A stretch of DNA of 64,000 nt from an uncultured Acidimicrobiia bacterium (GCA_963836205.1 CAWIIV010000007.1:192001-256000), one strand, 5' to 3'. Shown: positions 1 to 9,636, numbered from the stretch's first letter. The notes: generated by a model not told the origin, from the letters alone. Made by a program: numbers and translations.

Positions 1-410
1 TCCTTTCCCTCCACGATCCAGGTCGAACCCTTGGCCATGGCCAGCTCATCGTCGTGGTGGGCGAGGCCCACGAGGAGGTTCCAGACCACGTCGCCGTGGG
101 TGCAGAGGACGGCGGTGGCGCCGGCCAGCTCGGCCACGAGAGCGCTCACGTCGGCCGTCGACGAGCCCTCGGCCAGCGCCGGGTGGACCTCGACCGACCG
201 CCGCCGCGCACTGGCGAGGGGGACGACCGTCTCCAGGCACCGCACGTAGTGGCTGGACAGGATGGGACCGGTCGGAAACTCGGCCAGCAGGTCGACCAGC
301 CCCACCGCCTGGCGGCGGCCCTTCCCCGACAGCGGCCGCCGTTCGTCGGGACCCTCCCATCGCTCCCGGTCGCCGGCGTGGGCGTGGCGGACGACGAGGA
401 GCGTGGTCAA
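1..410 (-). CDS. SixA-like histidine phosphatase family protein (3' end outside window)
   Basis: Not in the ORF track; read by hand from TTG at 410: MTTLLVVRHAHAGDRERWEGPDERRPLSGKGRRQA...SSHYVRCLETV. RHA and RPLS..G..QA motifs; TTGA overlap with the NUDIX stop. Confidence 0.85.
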   Translation of the reverse strand, partial: MTTLLVVRHAHAGDRERWEGPDERRPLSGKGRRQAVGLVDLLAEFPTGPILSSHYVRCLETVVPLASARRRSVEVHPALAEGSSTADVSALVAELAGATAVLCTHGDVVWNLLVGLAHHDDELAMAKGSTWIVEGK

Positions 411-868
411 CCCTCCACCTTCAGCGAGCGCAGGACCTCCCGGTCGCGGTCGTAGCTGAGGAGGTCGGCCGCGTCGTCGACGGGGAGCCAGCGCACGTCG
501 TCGACCTCGTCGTTGGGCACGAAGGTCGATGACACGTCCCCGGCTTCCCCGACGATCGGCGTCATGGCCCAGTAGCGAACGGTCTTGTCCCGGCCGAAAC
601 GGTCCTGATAGGAGCTGCTCGGCAGCTCCGGCCCCAACCGGCAGCGCAGCCCCGTCTCCTCCTCGACCTCCCGGATGGCGGCGTCGGCCTCGTCCTCCCC
701 CTCGTGGAGCTTGCCCTTGGGCAGGCTCCAGTCGTCGTACTTGGGCCGGTGGACGAGGATCACCACCGGCTGGCCGTCGTCCGCCCGCTTCCACACCACC
801 CCGCCCCCCGCCCGCACCGGCCCGGGCGAGCGGCCCAGACCGAGGCGGCCCAGGCTCAGGGGAGCCAC
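407..868 (-). CDS. NUDIX hydrolase (MutT1 N-domain-like)
   Basis: C-terminal part of ORF 407..2200: VHRPKYDDWSLPKGKLHEGEDEADAAIREVEEETG (Nudix box). Start is approximate. Confidence 0.9.
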   Translation of the reverse strand: MAPLSLGRLGLGRSPGPVRAGGGVVWKRADDGQPVVILVHRPKYDDWSLPKGKLHEGEDEADAAIREVEEETGLRCRLGPELPSSSYQDRFGRDKTVRYWAMTPIVGEAGDVSSTFVPNDEVDDVRWLPVDDAADLLSYDRDREVLRSLKVEG

Positions 869-2358
869 GTGCGCAGCTTCGGATCCTTCGCCTCGCGCCA
901 CGCGGCCCACCACGCCTGCCGGCAGGCCTCGGCCTCCGCCCGTTCCATGGCGATGAGCTCGCCCGCCACCAGGGCCGAGACGCCCTCGTCGGTCGCCGCC
1001 TCCCGCAGCCAGGTCTCGGCCACGGTGGCGTCCTGGTGGTCGCCGAGCACACCCTGGAGCCCGGCCACCGCCGAGGCCAGGGCCTTGGCCTTCTTGCCCA
1101 CCACCGGCGCCACCGCCTCCACCGCGTAGCGGACCCGCTTGGCCCGGATGCGCACCGCGTGCAGCTGTTCGTCGGGCGGCGGGTCGTCGAGATCCTTGAC
1201 CGACTTGGCCAGCTTCTTCCACGGCTTGAGGACGAGGGCGGGCAGCACCGCGGTGGCCTTGCCGTCGGCCTCGGGGAGCAGGCTCGGCTCCTGGGCCGCG
1301 ATCACCAGCCGATCGAGGAGGGCGACGTAGCGGGGACCGGCCATGGCGTCGAGCAGGGTGGCCCGGGCCTCCTCCCGCTGCTGGACCAGCCGGCGGACGA
1401 TGCTGGCCGCGCCACCGGCGTCGGCCGGATCCAGGGTGGCGGCCTGGCGGCGGAGCCGCTCGAGGAGGACGTCGGCGTCTCGGACCGTGCCCAGCGCTCC
1501 ACCAAGCCACTTCAGCTCGGCGACCAGCTCGGCCAGCCACTCGGGGTCGAGGAGCGACTCGAACGTCTGCAGGTCTGAGCGCAGGCGGCGGGTGCCCACC
1601 CGGGCCTGGTGGACGTCCTCGGGATCGTCGCCGATGCGAACGCCCGCGTCGTGGCGGAGGATGCGGATCACCGATGCCGCCATGGCTCCCCGCACCACGT
1701 CGCCGGCGGTGGCGTCGGCGCCCGGCTTCGCCTCCACCAGCTCGGCCCGTTCGCGGGCCCGCGCCCCCAGCGCCCGCACCACCTTGGGGATCGGGTCCAC
1801 CGCGCCCGCGCCGGCGGCCCGCAGGGCTGCGACCACGGCCTCCAGGAGGGCGCCGCCGGCCCCCGCCTCCAGCTCCACCTCGATCTCGCGGAAGCGGCTG
1901 GCCAGCTTCCGGCCCTCGTACACCGACACCTCGTCGTCGACCACCTCGGCCAGCCGCTGGCCCTCGGCATCGAGCAGCTCGACGCCCCGGCGGACGGTGC
2001 GCAGGCGGGCGGCCGCCACCAGCCGCGCGCTGCGGGCGTAGGCCCGCACCAGGCCGGCCACCTCCAAGGGCACGGTGCTCGACGCCGTCCCCTGGAAGGT
2101 GAGCTCCCGGCGGACGAGCGCGGGGCCGTCCTCGCCGTCGGCCAGCTTCACCGTCCACCCGGTGCCGTCGCCGCTGCGGTAGCGGAGGCTGGCGCCCCAC
2201 CGGGCCAGCCGGAGGTCGGCGGTGTCGTAGTAGACGGCGTCGAGCCGGCGCTCGGGCAGGGCCCGGACGGTTACCCCTTCAAGCACGCCGGTGAGGTCGG
2301 GCAGGGCGAACCCGGCCCACGCCCCCAGCTTCGCCTCCCGCTCCCGCGTCGCCTTCAT
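856..2358 (-). CDS. CYTH + CHAD domain protein (polyphosphate-associated)
   Basis: N-terminal EREAK / YYDTADLRL / EIEVEL (CYTH); VHQARVGTRRLRS, LHAVRIRAKRVRY and LGDHQD (CHAD). Lies next to ppk1. Confidence 0.92.
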   Translation of the reverse strand: MKATREREAKLGAWAGFALPDLTGVLEGVTVRALPERRLDAVYYDTADLRLARWGASLRYRSGDGTGWTVKLADGEDGPALVRRELTFQGTASSTVPLEVAGLVRAYARSARLVAAARLRTVRRGVELLDAEGQRLAEVVDDEVSVYEGRKLASRFREIEVELEAGAGGALLEAVVAALRAAGAGAVDPIPKVVRALGARARERAELVEAKPGADATAGDVVRGAMAASVIRILRHDAGVRIGDDPEDVHQARVGTRRLRSDLQTFESLLDPEWLAELVAELKWLGGALGTVRDADVLLERLRRQAATLDPADAGGAASIVRRLVQQREEARATLLDAMAGPRYVALLDRLVIAAQEPSLLPEADGKATAVLPALVLKPWKKLAKSVKDLDDPPPDEQLHAVRIRAKRVRYAVEAVAPVVGKKAKALASAVAGLQGVLGDHQDATVAETWLREAATDEGVSALVAGELIAMERAEAEACRQAWWAAWREAKDPKLRTWLP

Positions 2359-2400
2359 CTGGTCGCCTTCATCGGGTCGCCTTCATCGGGTCGCCTTCAC
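2345..2400 (-). repeat. Four copies of a 14-bp tandem repeat, (A/G)TGAAGGCGAC(C)CG, at the ppk1/CHAD junction
   Basis: Minus strand reads GTGAAGGCGACCCG ATGAAGGCGACCCG ATGAAGGCGACCAG ATGAAGGCGACGCG. Confidence 0.9.
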
Positions 2401-4580
2401 GGCTGGGGACCGGCGCCGGGGCCGGTCGTCATCGGGGTCTTGCGCTCGGGATCGCGGCGGGCGCGGATGAGGGCCAGCTCCTGCAGGCGGTCGTGGGTGT
2501 TGCACCGGCCGCGGGGGCTGACCCGGCTCCACTGCCCGTCGGCGCCCAGCGTCCAGGCCAGGACGTCGTCGGCCAGATTGACGTCGAGGATCTCCTGGAG
2601 GCGGGGGGTGAGGGCGGGGTCGACCACGGGTGTCACCGCCTCCACCCGGCGGTCGAGGTTGCGGGGCATGAGGTCGGCCGACCCTATGTAGTAGTGGCGC
2701 TCGGCCCGGTCGCCGAAGGCGAAGATCCGGGAGTGCTCGAGGTAGCGGCCCACGATCGACCGCACCCGGATGTTCTCCGACAGCCCCGGCACCCCCGGGC
2801 GCAGGCAGCAGATCCCCCGGACGATGAGGTCGATGCTCACGCCGGCCGACGACGCCTCGTACAGGGCGGTGATGAGGTCCCAGTCGACCAGGCTGTTCAT
2901 CTTCATCACGATCCGGCCGGGACCGTCGGGGTCGGTCTTCTCGTTGCGGATGAGCTCGGTGAGCCGGGCCCGCAGGGAGGTGTTGGCCACCAGCAGGCGC
3001 TTGTACTGCACGTGGCGGCTGTAGCCGGTGAGGAAGTTGAACAGGCGGCCGAGGTCGGCGGTGAGGTCCTCGTCGGCGGTGAGGAGGCCGATGTCCTCGT
3101 AGAGGCGGGCGGTGCTGGCGTTGTAGTTGCCGGTCCCCACGTGGCAGTAGCGGCGCAGCCCGTCGGCCTCGTTGCGCACCACCAGGGCCGTCTTGGTGTG
3201 GGTCTTGAGCCCGACCAGCCCGTAGACGACGTGCACGCCCGCCTCTTCCAGGGCCCGGGCCCAGGCGATGTTGGCCATCTCGTCGAAGCGGGCCTTGAGC
3301 TCGATGAGCACGACGACCTGCTTGCCCGCCTCCGACGCGTCGATCAGGGCCTTCACGATGGCGCTGTCGCCCGACGTGCGGTACAGGGTCTGCTTGATGG
3401 CGAGCACGTTGGGGTCGGCCGCCGCCTGGCGCACGAAGGCCTCCACCGAGGCGGTGAACGACTCGTAGGGGTGGTGGACGAGCACGTCCTGCGACCGGAG
3501 CACGGTGAAGATGTCGCCCGGCGTCTCGCCGATGCCGGCCAGGGCGGGGGGGACCACGGGCATCCACGGCTCGTCCTTGAGGTCGGGACGGTCGAGGCCG
3601 TGCAGCGCCCACAGGCCCCCGAGGTCGAGGGGACCGTCGATCTCGTAGACGTCGTCGTCGTCGAGGGCCAGCTCGTGGACGAGGAGCCGGCGGACCTCGG
3701 CCGGCATGCCCCGGTCGATCTCCAGGCGGACGGCCTCGCCGAAGCGGCGCCGGCGCAGGTTGAGGTCGATGGCGGCCAGCAGGTCGTCGGCCTCGCCCTC
3801 CTCCAGGTCGAGGTCGGCGTCGCGGGTGACCCGGAAGGTGCAGTGCGACTCCACTTCCATGCCCGGGAACAGCTCCCCCAAGCGGGCGGCGATGATCTGT
3901 TCGAGGGGGACGAACCGCTCGCCGTCGGGCAGGGGCACGAACCGGGGCAGGGGCGCGGGCACCTTCACCCGGGCGAACCGGCGCTCGCCGGTACGGGGGT
4001 TGCGCACGAGCACGGCCAGGTTCAGCGACAGGCTGGAGATGTGGGGGAAGGGGTGGCCCGGGTCGACCGCCAGCGGCGTGAGCACCGGGAAGATGCGCTT
4101 GTCGAACAGTTCCCCCAGGAAGGCCCGGTCGTCGTCGTCGATCTGGTCCCACCCGCACAGCAGGATCCCGGCCGCCGCCATCGCCGGCACCACCCGATCG
4201 GAGAAGATCTTCGACTCCTCGTCCATCAGGTCGACCACCCGCAGCCGGATGGCCCGCAGCTGCTCCGTGGGCGTGAGCCCGTCGGGCGAGGAGCCGCCCA
4301 GGCGGGCCGCCTCCTGCTCCTTGAGGATCGCCACCCGCACCTGGAAGAACTCGTCGAGGTTGCTGGCGAAGATGGCGAGGAACTTGGCCCGTTCGAGCAC
4401 CGGGGTGCCGGTCACGTCGGCCTGGGCCAACACCCGGTAGTTGAACTCGAGCCAGCTCAGCTCCCGGTTGAGGTAGGGCGAATCGGGGGTGGGACGGGGG
4501 AACTCGCGGACGACCCCGGTGGTGGGCTCGGCGACACCCGCGACGACCTCCGGGGTGGCAGATGCGGCGGGGTCCGGCAC
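2397..4580 (-). CDS. ppk1: Polyphosphate kinase 1
   Basis: YLNRELSWLEFN, SNLDEFF, HHPYESF, IKQTLYRT, ELKARFDE, HVGTGNYN, IVGRYLEHSR, GSADLMPRNL. Confidence 0.97.
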   Translation of the reverse strand: MPDPAASATPEVVAGVAEPTTGVVREFPRPTPDSPYLNRELSWLEFNYRVLAQADVTGTPVLERAKFLAIFASNLDEFFQVRVAILKEQEAARLGGSSPDGLTPTEQLRAIRLRVVDLMDEESKIFSDRVVPAMAAAGILLCGWDQIDDDDRAFLGELFDKRIFPVLTPLAVDPGHPFPHISSLSLNLAVLVRNPRTGERRFARVKVPAPLPRFVPLPDGERFVPLEQIIAARLGELFPGMEVESHCTFRVTRDADLDLEEGEADDLLAAIDLNLRRRRFGEAVRLEIDRGMPAEVRRLLVHELALDDDDVYEIDGPLDLGGLWALHGLDRPDLKDEPWMPVVPPALAGIGETPGDIFTVLRSQDVLVHHPYESFTASVEAFVRQAAADPNVLAIKQTLYRTSGDSAIVKALIDASEAGKQVVVLIELKARFDEMANIAWARALEEAGVHVVYGLVGLKTHTKTALVVRNEADGLRRYCHVGTGNYNASTARLYEDIGLLTADEDLTADLGRLFNFLTGYSRHVQYKRLLVANTSLRARLTELIRNEKTDPDGPGRIVMKMNSLVDWDLITALYEASSAGVSIDLIVRGICCLRPGVPGLSENIRVRSIVGRYLEHSRIFAFGDRAERHYYIGSADLMPRNLDRRVEAVTPVVDPALTPRLQEILDVNLADDVLAWTLGADGQWSRVSPRGRCNTHDRLQELALIRARRDPERKTPMTTGPGAGPQP

Positions 4581-4681
4581 TGTCCTCCCGTTCCTCCGGC
4601 TTGAAGACTGGACCGCTGGAAGACTTGACGCGCGAAGCGGCTCGGCAGGCGAGCGCTGCGGTCAGGCTAGCCCGTCCGGCG

Positions 4682-4710
4682 GGCGAACCGGAAGGGGCCG
4701 TCGGGTGAAC
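4682..4710 (-). promoter_or_regulatory. Candidate PHO box upstream of ppk1
   Basis: Minus strand GTTCACC...GTTCGCC, 22 nt apart (two 11-nt units), followed by a TAGCCT -10-like hexamer. Confidence 0.5.
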
Positions 4711-4814
4711 AATTCCTGGCATGCAAGTGGTCGGCGCCTGGTTTTCTACGGCTGTTCAGGTCCGATGACGACAGTGGAAACTCGCCCGTCACCCGGCCGG
4801 CCCACACTCCACTG

Positions 4815-5692
4815 GTGGCCGTCACGCTCGTCCCGCCCTCCACCTCGGAGACGCGCCCGCGCGACGGCCGAGGTGTCGACCAGCACCCGTCGTCGATCCC
4901 GACGGTGCTCGTCACCAACGACGACGGCGTCGCCGCGCCCGGCCTGGCCTCGCTCGCGGCGGCCGCGGCCGGGATCGGCCACGTCGTCGTGGTCGCCCCT
5001 GTCGACGACCGCAGCGGGGCGGGGGCGGCGGTGGCGCCGGCGTGGCTCGACGAGGGCATCCGCCTGTCGAAGGTCTTCGTCGAGGGGCTCGGGCCGGCCT
5101 ACGCGGTCGACGGCCCGCCCGCCCTGTGCGTCCTGGCCGGCGTGTCGGGCGGGCTCGGCGTGCGGCCCCGGATGGTCGTGGCCGGCGTCAACCGGGGCCC
5201 CAACACCGGCCTCGCCATCCTCCACTCGGGCACGGTGGGCGCGGCCCTCACCGCCGGCAACCTCGGCTTCCCCGCCCTCGCCGTCAGCATCGACTCCACC
5301 GCTCCCGTTCATCTCGACACCGCCACCACGGTGGCGGCGGCCGCGATGGGCTGGCTGCTCCAGGCGCCCGCGGGCACGGTGCTCAACGTCAACGTGCCCG
5401 ACCTGCCGTTCCACCAGGTCCGAGGCGTCCGAGAGGCCCCCTCGCCCGCTTCGGCACGGTGGAGGCCACCATGCGGGCGGTGGGCGCCGGGGCCGGCGAC
5501 ACCCTCCACGTCCGGCTGGGCACGGGTGGGGGTAGGTCCGACGGGGGTACCGACGCCACCCTGCTGGCAGCCGGCTTCGTCACCGTGACCTGCGTGGCGG
5601 GCGTTCGCTTCGGAGGCTGGACGGGCGTGGCCCTCCCGATCAACCAGGCCCTTCGCTCTCGTAGCGGTAGCCCAGCTTTCGGAAGGTCGTGA
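4815..5692 (+). CDS. surE: 5'/3'-nucleotidase SurE (frameshift near 5437-5442)
   Basis: VLVTNDDGVAAPGL, VVAP, GVNRGPN, SGTVGAA, LNVNVP. The C-terminus (GTDATLLAAGFVTVT) lies in another frame after a C-run. Confidence 0.85.
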
Positions 5693-6350
5693 TCCGGCTG
5701 GTGTCGGCCCCGCCGCCCTCGATCTTGGCCCGCAGCCGTTTCAGGTGGGCGTCGAGCGTGGCCGCCCGGCTCTGCGGCCCCGGTCCCCACACCTCCTGGA
5801 TCAGGAACCGGCGGGGGACGATGCGCCCCGCCCGTTCGAGGAGGATGCGCAGCACGCCGAACTCCTTGAGCGTGAGCTCCACCCGTCGGTCGCCGACCCA
5901 CACCTCGTGGGCGGACCGGTCGAGGCGGATGTCGCCCACCCGCACGACCGACGTCGCTTCCTGCCGGCGCTGTTGCTCCTCGGCCCGGCGGAGCAGGCCC
6001 CGCGCCCGGGCCCGAAGCTCGCGGAGGTCGACCGGCTTGACCACGTAGTCGTCGGCCCCCACCTCGAGGGCGACGGCGACCTCGAGCTCGGAGTCGACCG
6101 TGGTGACCACGACGATGGGCACGGTCGATGCCGACCGGAGCCGGCGGCACACGTCCAACCCGGGCTGGTCGGGAAGCACCAGCTCGAGCAGGACCAGGTC
6201 GGGAGGGTCGGCATGGAAGGCGGCGACGGCCGCCCGGCCGTCGGGGGCGTGCACCGAGACGAACCCGGCCTCGGCCAGGCCGTCGGCCACCCGCCGGACG
6301 CAGGCGTCGTCGGGGTCGACGATCAGGACGGTGGGCGGGGACGGTGCCAT
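5640..6350 (-). CDS. OmpR/RegX3-like response regulator with atypical receiver domain
   Basis: LEVGADDYVVKP, LTLKEF, LDAHLKRLRAKIE, ITTFRKLGYRY. The phosphoacceptor position reads DLVLLE instead of D(L/V)VLLD. Confidence 0.88.
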   Translation of the reverse strand: MAPSPPTVLIVDPDDACVRRVADGLAEAGFVSVHAPDGRAAVAAFHADPPDLVLLELVLPDQPGLDVCRRLRSASTVPIVVVTTVDSELEVAVALEVGADDYVVKPVDLRELRARARGLLRRAEEQQRRQEATSVVRVGDIRLDRSAHEVWVGDRRVELTLKEFGVLRILLERAGRIVPRRFLIQEVWGPGPQSRAATLDAHLKRLRAKIEGGGADTSRITTFRKLGYRYESEGPG

Positions 6351-6399
6351 CGGGTCCCGGCGACGGTACGGACCGGCGGTTGCCGTCCGCCGACGGCCA

Positions 6400-6417
6400 G
6401 GTGAACCCCGGGTGAGC
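6400..6417 (-). promoter_or_regulatory. PHO-box-like direct repeat upstream of the atypical regulator
   Basis: GCTCACC-CGGG-GTTCACC with 11-nt period; TACCGT -10-like hexamer 31 nt downstream. Confidence 0.6.
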
Positions 6418-6671
6418 CGGGGGAGAACAGTCGGTGCCGGCCGGTGAGGGAGATTCACGCGCGGTCCACCCGCTGATCCCCCGGCCGACAACGGGCGTTC
6501 ATCGGGGTGGGATAGACCTGCACGCAGTGGCCCGAGCGGGGCGCCGTCCCACGACCGCGGCGCCCCACTCCGGCGTGGGCCACGATCGGCCCGGGGCCGG
6601 CACGGGGGGTACCGTGACTCTGCACATTGCGGACGTGCGTCGGCGGGCCGTCCCGGACTGGGGAGAACGCC

Positions 6672-7421
6672 ATGAAAGCCATCGCTCGTAGTCGCTACCT
6701 CCTCGCTTGCATCCTGGGCACCGCGTTGGTGCTGGGGCTGGGCGGCAGCGGGCTGGTGTACGCCGCCGGTTCCGCCCAGGTCACCGACCCCACGCTCCAC
6801 ACCTGCTACCCGTCCACCGCGACATCGCTTCAGCCGCTCTTCGTGACCCGGACCGGCGTCTGCCCCACCGGGTTCACCGCCATCGACATCAGCCAGCGAG
6901 GCCCGCAGGGGCCGCCAGGACCCCAGGGGCCCATCGGTCCGACCGGACCCCAGGGCGCGACCGGAGCCACGGGTGCGACCGGGCCCACCGGCCCCACCGG
7001 CCCAAGGGGCCTGACCGGCCTGACCGGTGCGACCGGGCCCACTGGTCCGACCGGGCCCACCGGTCCAACCGGTCCACGGGGCCTCACCGGTCCGACCGGT
7101 CCCCAAGGCGCCGCCTGCCTGGCGACCAACCCCGCCTGCCGAGGCCCGGCCGGCGCGGCCGGGCCGGCGGGCGTCTCCGGCTACGAGGTCGTTCACAGCG
7201 GCGACATCGTGTTCGAGGCGTTCGAGACCAAGGACTTCTTCGTGGACTGCCCGGCCGGCAAGACCGCGATCTCGGCCGGCTGGGGGATCCTCGGCGGCCA
7301 GTCGGCGGTCGACCTGATCGGTTCCGTCCCCTCTGGGCAGTCGTGGGGCTTCCGCGGCGACAACCCGGCCGCAGTCAGCCAGTTCGCCCGGGCCACGGTG
7401 GTGTGCGCCTTCACGTCCTGA
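6672..7421 (+). CDS. Secreted collagen-like protein
   Basis: Signal-peptide-like N-terminus, about 24 Gly-X-Y triplets (GPT/GAT/GPQ/GLT), Cys-containing flanks and a [13 protein letters not shown]-domain; GGAG RBS. Confidence 0.85.
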   Translation: MKAIARSRYLLACILGTALVLGLGGSGLVYAAGSAQVTDPTLHTCYPSTATSLQPLFVTRTGVCPTGFTAIDISQRGPQGPPGPQGPIGPTGPQGATGATGATGPTGPTGPRGLTGLTGATGPTGPTGPTGPTGPRGLTGPTGPQGAACLATNPACRGPAGAAGPAGVSGYEVVHSGDIVFEAFETKDFFVDCPAGKTAISAGWGILGGQSAVDLIGSVPSGQSWGFRGDNPAAVSQFARATVVCAFTS

Positions 7422-7440
7422 CGGGCGGCCGCCTGCCCGG

Positions 7441-8145
7441 CTACTTCTCGTACCGGTAGCCCAGGCCCCGAATCGTCGTGATGCGGCTGGGCCGGGCCGG
7501 GTCGTCCTCGATCTTCGACCGCAGCCGCTTGACGTGGACGTCGAGGGTCTTGGTGTCCCCGACGTAGTTCGGACCCCAGATGCGGTCGATCAGGGTGTCG
7601 CGGGTGAGGACGCGGCCGGCGTTGTCGAGCAGCAGCTCGAGTAGCTCGAACTCCCGCAGCGGCAGGGCGACCTCGGAGCCCCGCACCATCACCCGGTGGC
7701 GTTCGGCGTCGAGGGCGACGTCGCCCACTTCGAGCACCTCCACCGAACCGTCATCGGGCTCCGGCTCCGGCCCCGCCCGGCGCAGCACGGCCCGCACCCG
7801 GGCCACCAGCTCCCGCAGCCGGTAGGGCTTGGTGACGTAGTCGTCGGCCCCCACTTCCAGGCCCACCACCGCGTCGACCTCGGAGTCCTTGGCCGTGACC
7901 ATGATGATGGGGATCGACGACCGGGCCCGGATGTGCCGGCACACGTCGATGCCCGAGATCCGGGGGAGCATGAGGTCGAGAAGGACGACGTCGGGACGGG
8001 AGGCGTCGAACGACTCGATGGCCTCGGCCCCGTCCCGGGCGACGCGCACCGCGAAGCCCTCCCGGGTCAGACCCAGGGTGAGAGCCTCGACGAAGGACTC
8101 CTCGTCCTCCACCACCAGCACCGTCGGGCGGGTGTCGGCGATCAC
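7441..8145 (-). CDS. regX3: Response regulator RegX3 (PhoP-like)
   Basis: VLVVEDE, DVVLLDLMLP, MVTAKDSEVD, GADDYVTKPY, YVGDTKTLDVHVKRLRSKIE. GTGA overlap with senX3. Confidence 0.93.
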   Translation of the reverse strand: MIADTRPTVLVVEDEESFVEALTLGLTREGFAVRVARDGAEAIESFDASRPDVVLLDLMLPRISGIDVCRHIRARSSIPIIMVTAKDSEVDAVVGLEVGADDYVTKPYRLRELVARVRAVLRRAGPEPEPDDGSVEVLEVGDVALDAERHRVMVRGSEVALPLREFELLELLLDNAGRVLTRDTLIDRIWGPNYVGDTKTLDVHVKRLRSKIEDDPARPSRITTIRGLGYRYEK

Positions 8146-9224
8146 CGGGTCGACCGAGGCAGGCGCAGGGTGAACGTGGAACCCTCTCCCTCCCGGGAGG
8201 CGACCACGACGGTGCCCCCGTGGTTGGTGGCGACGTGGCGGACGATCGAGAGGCCCAAGCCGGTGCCGCCCGTCTCCCGGCTCCGGGCGCGGTCGACCCG
8301 GTAGAAGCGCTCGAAGACCCGTTCGAGGTCCTTGGCCGGGATGCCGATGCCCTGGTCGCGGACGGTGACGACGACCCACCCGTCGTCGAAGGCGGCGTCG
8401 ACCTCGACGACCGACCCCGGCTCCGAGTACTTGACCGCGTTGTCGAGCAGGTTGACCAGGGCCGAGACCAGCTGGCGCTCGTCGCCGAGCACCGGCATCG
8501 GCTCATCGGGCACCGTCACCAGCACCCTGACTTCACGCTGGGCGGCGACCGCGGCCAACCTGTCGGCCGCCGTGGCCACCACGTCGAGGATGTCGACCGA
8601 GGTCTCGACCAGCACCCCGCCGGCCTCGATGCGGGACAGGTCGAGCAGGTCGCCGATGAGCCGGCCCGCCCGCTCCGCCTCCGACATGATGTGCCGAGCG
8701 AGCCGGCGGACGATCTCCGGATCCTCCTCGACCGCGAGGGCCTCGGCGAGCACGCCCAGGGCCCCGATCGGCGTGCGCAGCTCGTGGCTCACGTTGGCCG
8801 CGAAGTCGCGGCGCACCGCCTCCAGCCGGCGCCGCTCGGAGATGTCCTCCACGAAGGCGATGGTGCCGAGGGGGACGTCGGTGGTGCCCAGGGGCACGGC
8901 CGTGATGTCGAGGGTGCGGGGTGGGGGACCGTGCAACTCGAGCGTCTGGCTCGACGTGTTGCCCTGCTGGGCGTCGGCGACCAACGTGTCGACGGTCGCC
9001 GCCACCAAGGCCGCGACATGCCGGTTGGTGTCGAGCTCGGCGTGCTGGCGGTTGCGGAGGACGAGCTGGCCGCGGGCGTCGTGGATCACGATCGCCGACG
9101 TGAGGGCGTCGAGCGCCCGCCGCAGGCGAACGGTCTCGGCCACCGCGTCGGCGGCCATCTGCTGCGAGTCCCGCAGGGCCCGGTCGGCCTCCTCGTTCCG
9201 GTGCCGGCGGAGGGGCGTGCTCAC
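8142..9224 (-). CDS. senX3: Sensor histidine kinase SenX3
   Basis: RRDFAANVSHELRTPIG, NLLDNAVKYS, DQGIGI, FERFYRVDRARSRETGGTGLGLSIV. Confidence 0.92.
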   Translation of the reverse strand: MSTPLRRHRNEEADRALRDSQQMAADAVAETVRLRRALDALTSAIVIHDARGQLVLRNRQHAELDTNRHVAALVAATVDTLVADAQQGNTSSQTLELHGPPPRTLDITAVPLGTTDVPLGTIAFVEDISERRRLEAVRRDFAANVSHELRTPIGALGVLAEALAVEEDPEIVRRLARHIMSEAERAGRLIGDLLDLSRIEAGGVLVETSVDILDVVATAADRLAAVAAQREVRVLVTVPDEPMPVLGDERQLVSALVNLLDNAVKYSEPGSVVEVDAAFDDGWVVVTVRDQGIGIPAKDLERVFERFYRVDRARSRETGGTGLGLSIVRHVATNHGGTVVVASREGEGSTFTLRLPRSTR

Positions 9225-9339
9225 CCCTCGGTCGGTTTCATCGGCTGGCTCGTTCCGGCTCGCTCACGGATTGGTGCTCCTCGGCTCCCGGTCGTGGCCC
9301 CGACGTTAGGGACGGGTTGCATCCCCCCGCTAGCGGTGC

Positions 9340-9357
9340 GGTGAACGCCCGGTGAAC
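9340..9357 (-). promoter_or_regulatory. PHO box upstream of senX3-regX3 (likely autoregulation)
   Basis: Perfect GTTCACC-GGGC-GTTCACC with 11-nt period, matching the actinobacterial PhoP direct-repeat unit; TAACGT 31 nt downstream. Confidence 0.75.
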
Positions 9358-9510
9358 GAGAGGCGAAATCACGGCCCGCGAGGATCCAGGCTACCGGCGG
9401 CGCGGTCGGATCGCAGCCGTCCGAACTTTCTCCTAAAGGTCGGACCCACCGGTGCCGATACCCCCGACGGGGGCGACGTCCAAGCGGGCTGGGATAAGGG
9501 GTGACGAGAG

Positions 9511-9636
9511 ATGGTCAAGAAGCGGTTCGACCTGTGGTTGGCCCTGTGCATCCTCTTCGGGGTGGTGCTGGTCCTGTTGGCGGGCTTCAATCGCCTCGGG
9601 ATCGACATCCAGATCCCGGTGATCAGTGGGTCGTAG
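9511..9636 (+). CDS. 41-aa small single-pass membrane protein
   Basis: Read by hand: MVKKRFDLWLALCILFGVVLVLLAGFNRLGIDIQIPVISGS*; purine-rich upstream sequence; GC-ending codons. Confidence 0.6.
   Translation: MVKKRFDLWLALCILFGVVLVLLAGFNRLGIDIQIPVISGS

Noticed and set aside
2383-4722. Long overlapping or antisense ORFs over ppk1 (and likewise over dxs, geoA, topA and hppA)
   Set aside because: Shadow ORFs typical of very high GC3, with no recognisable motifs.
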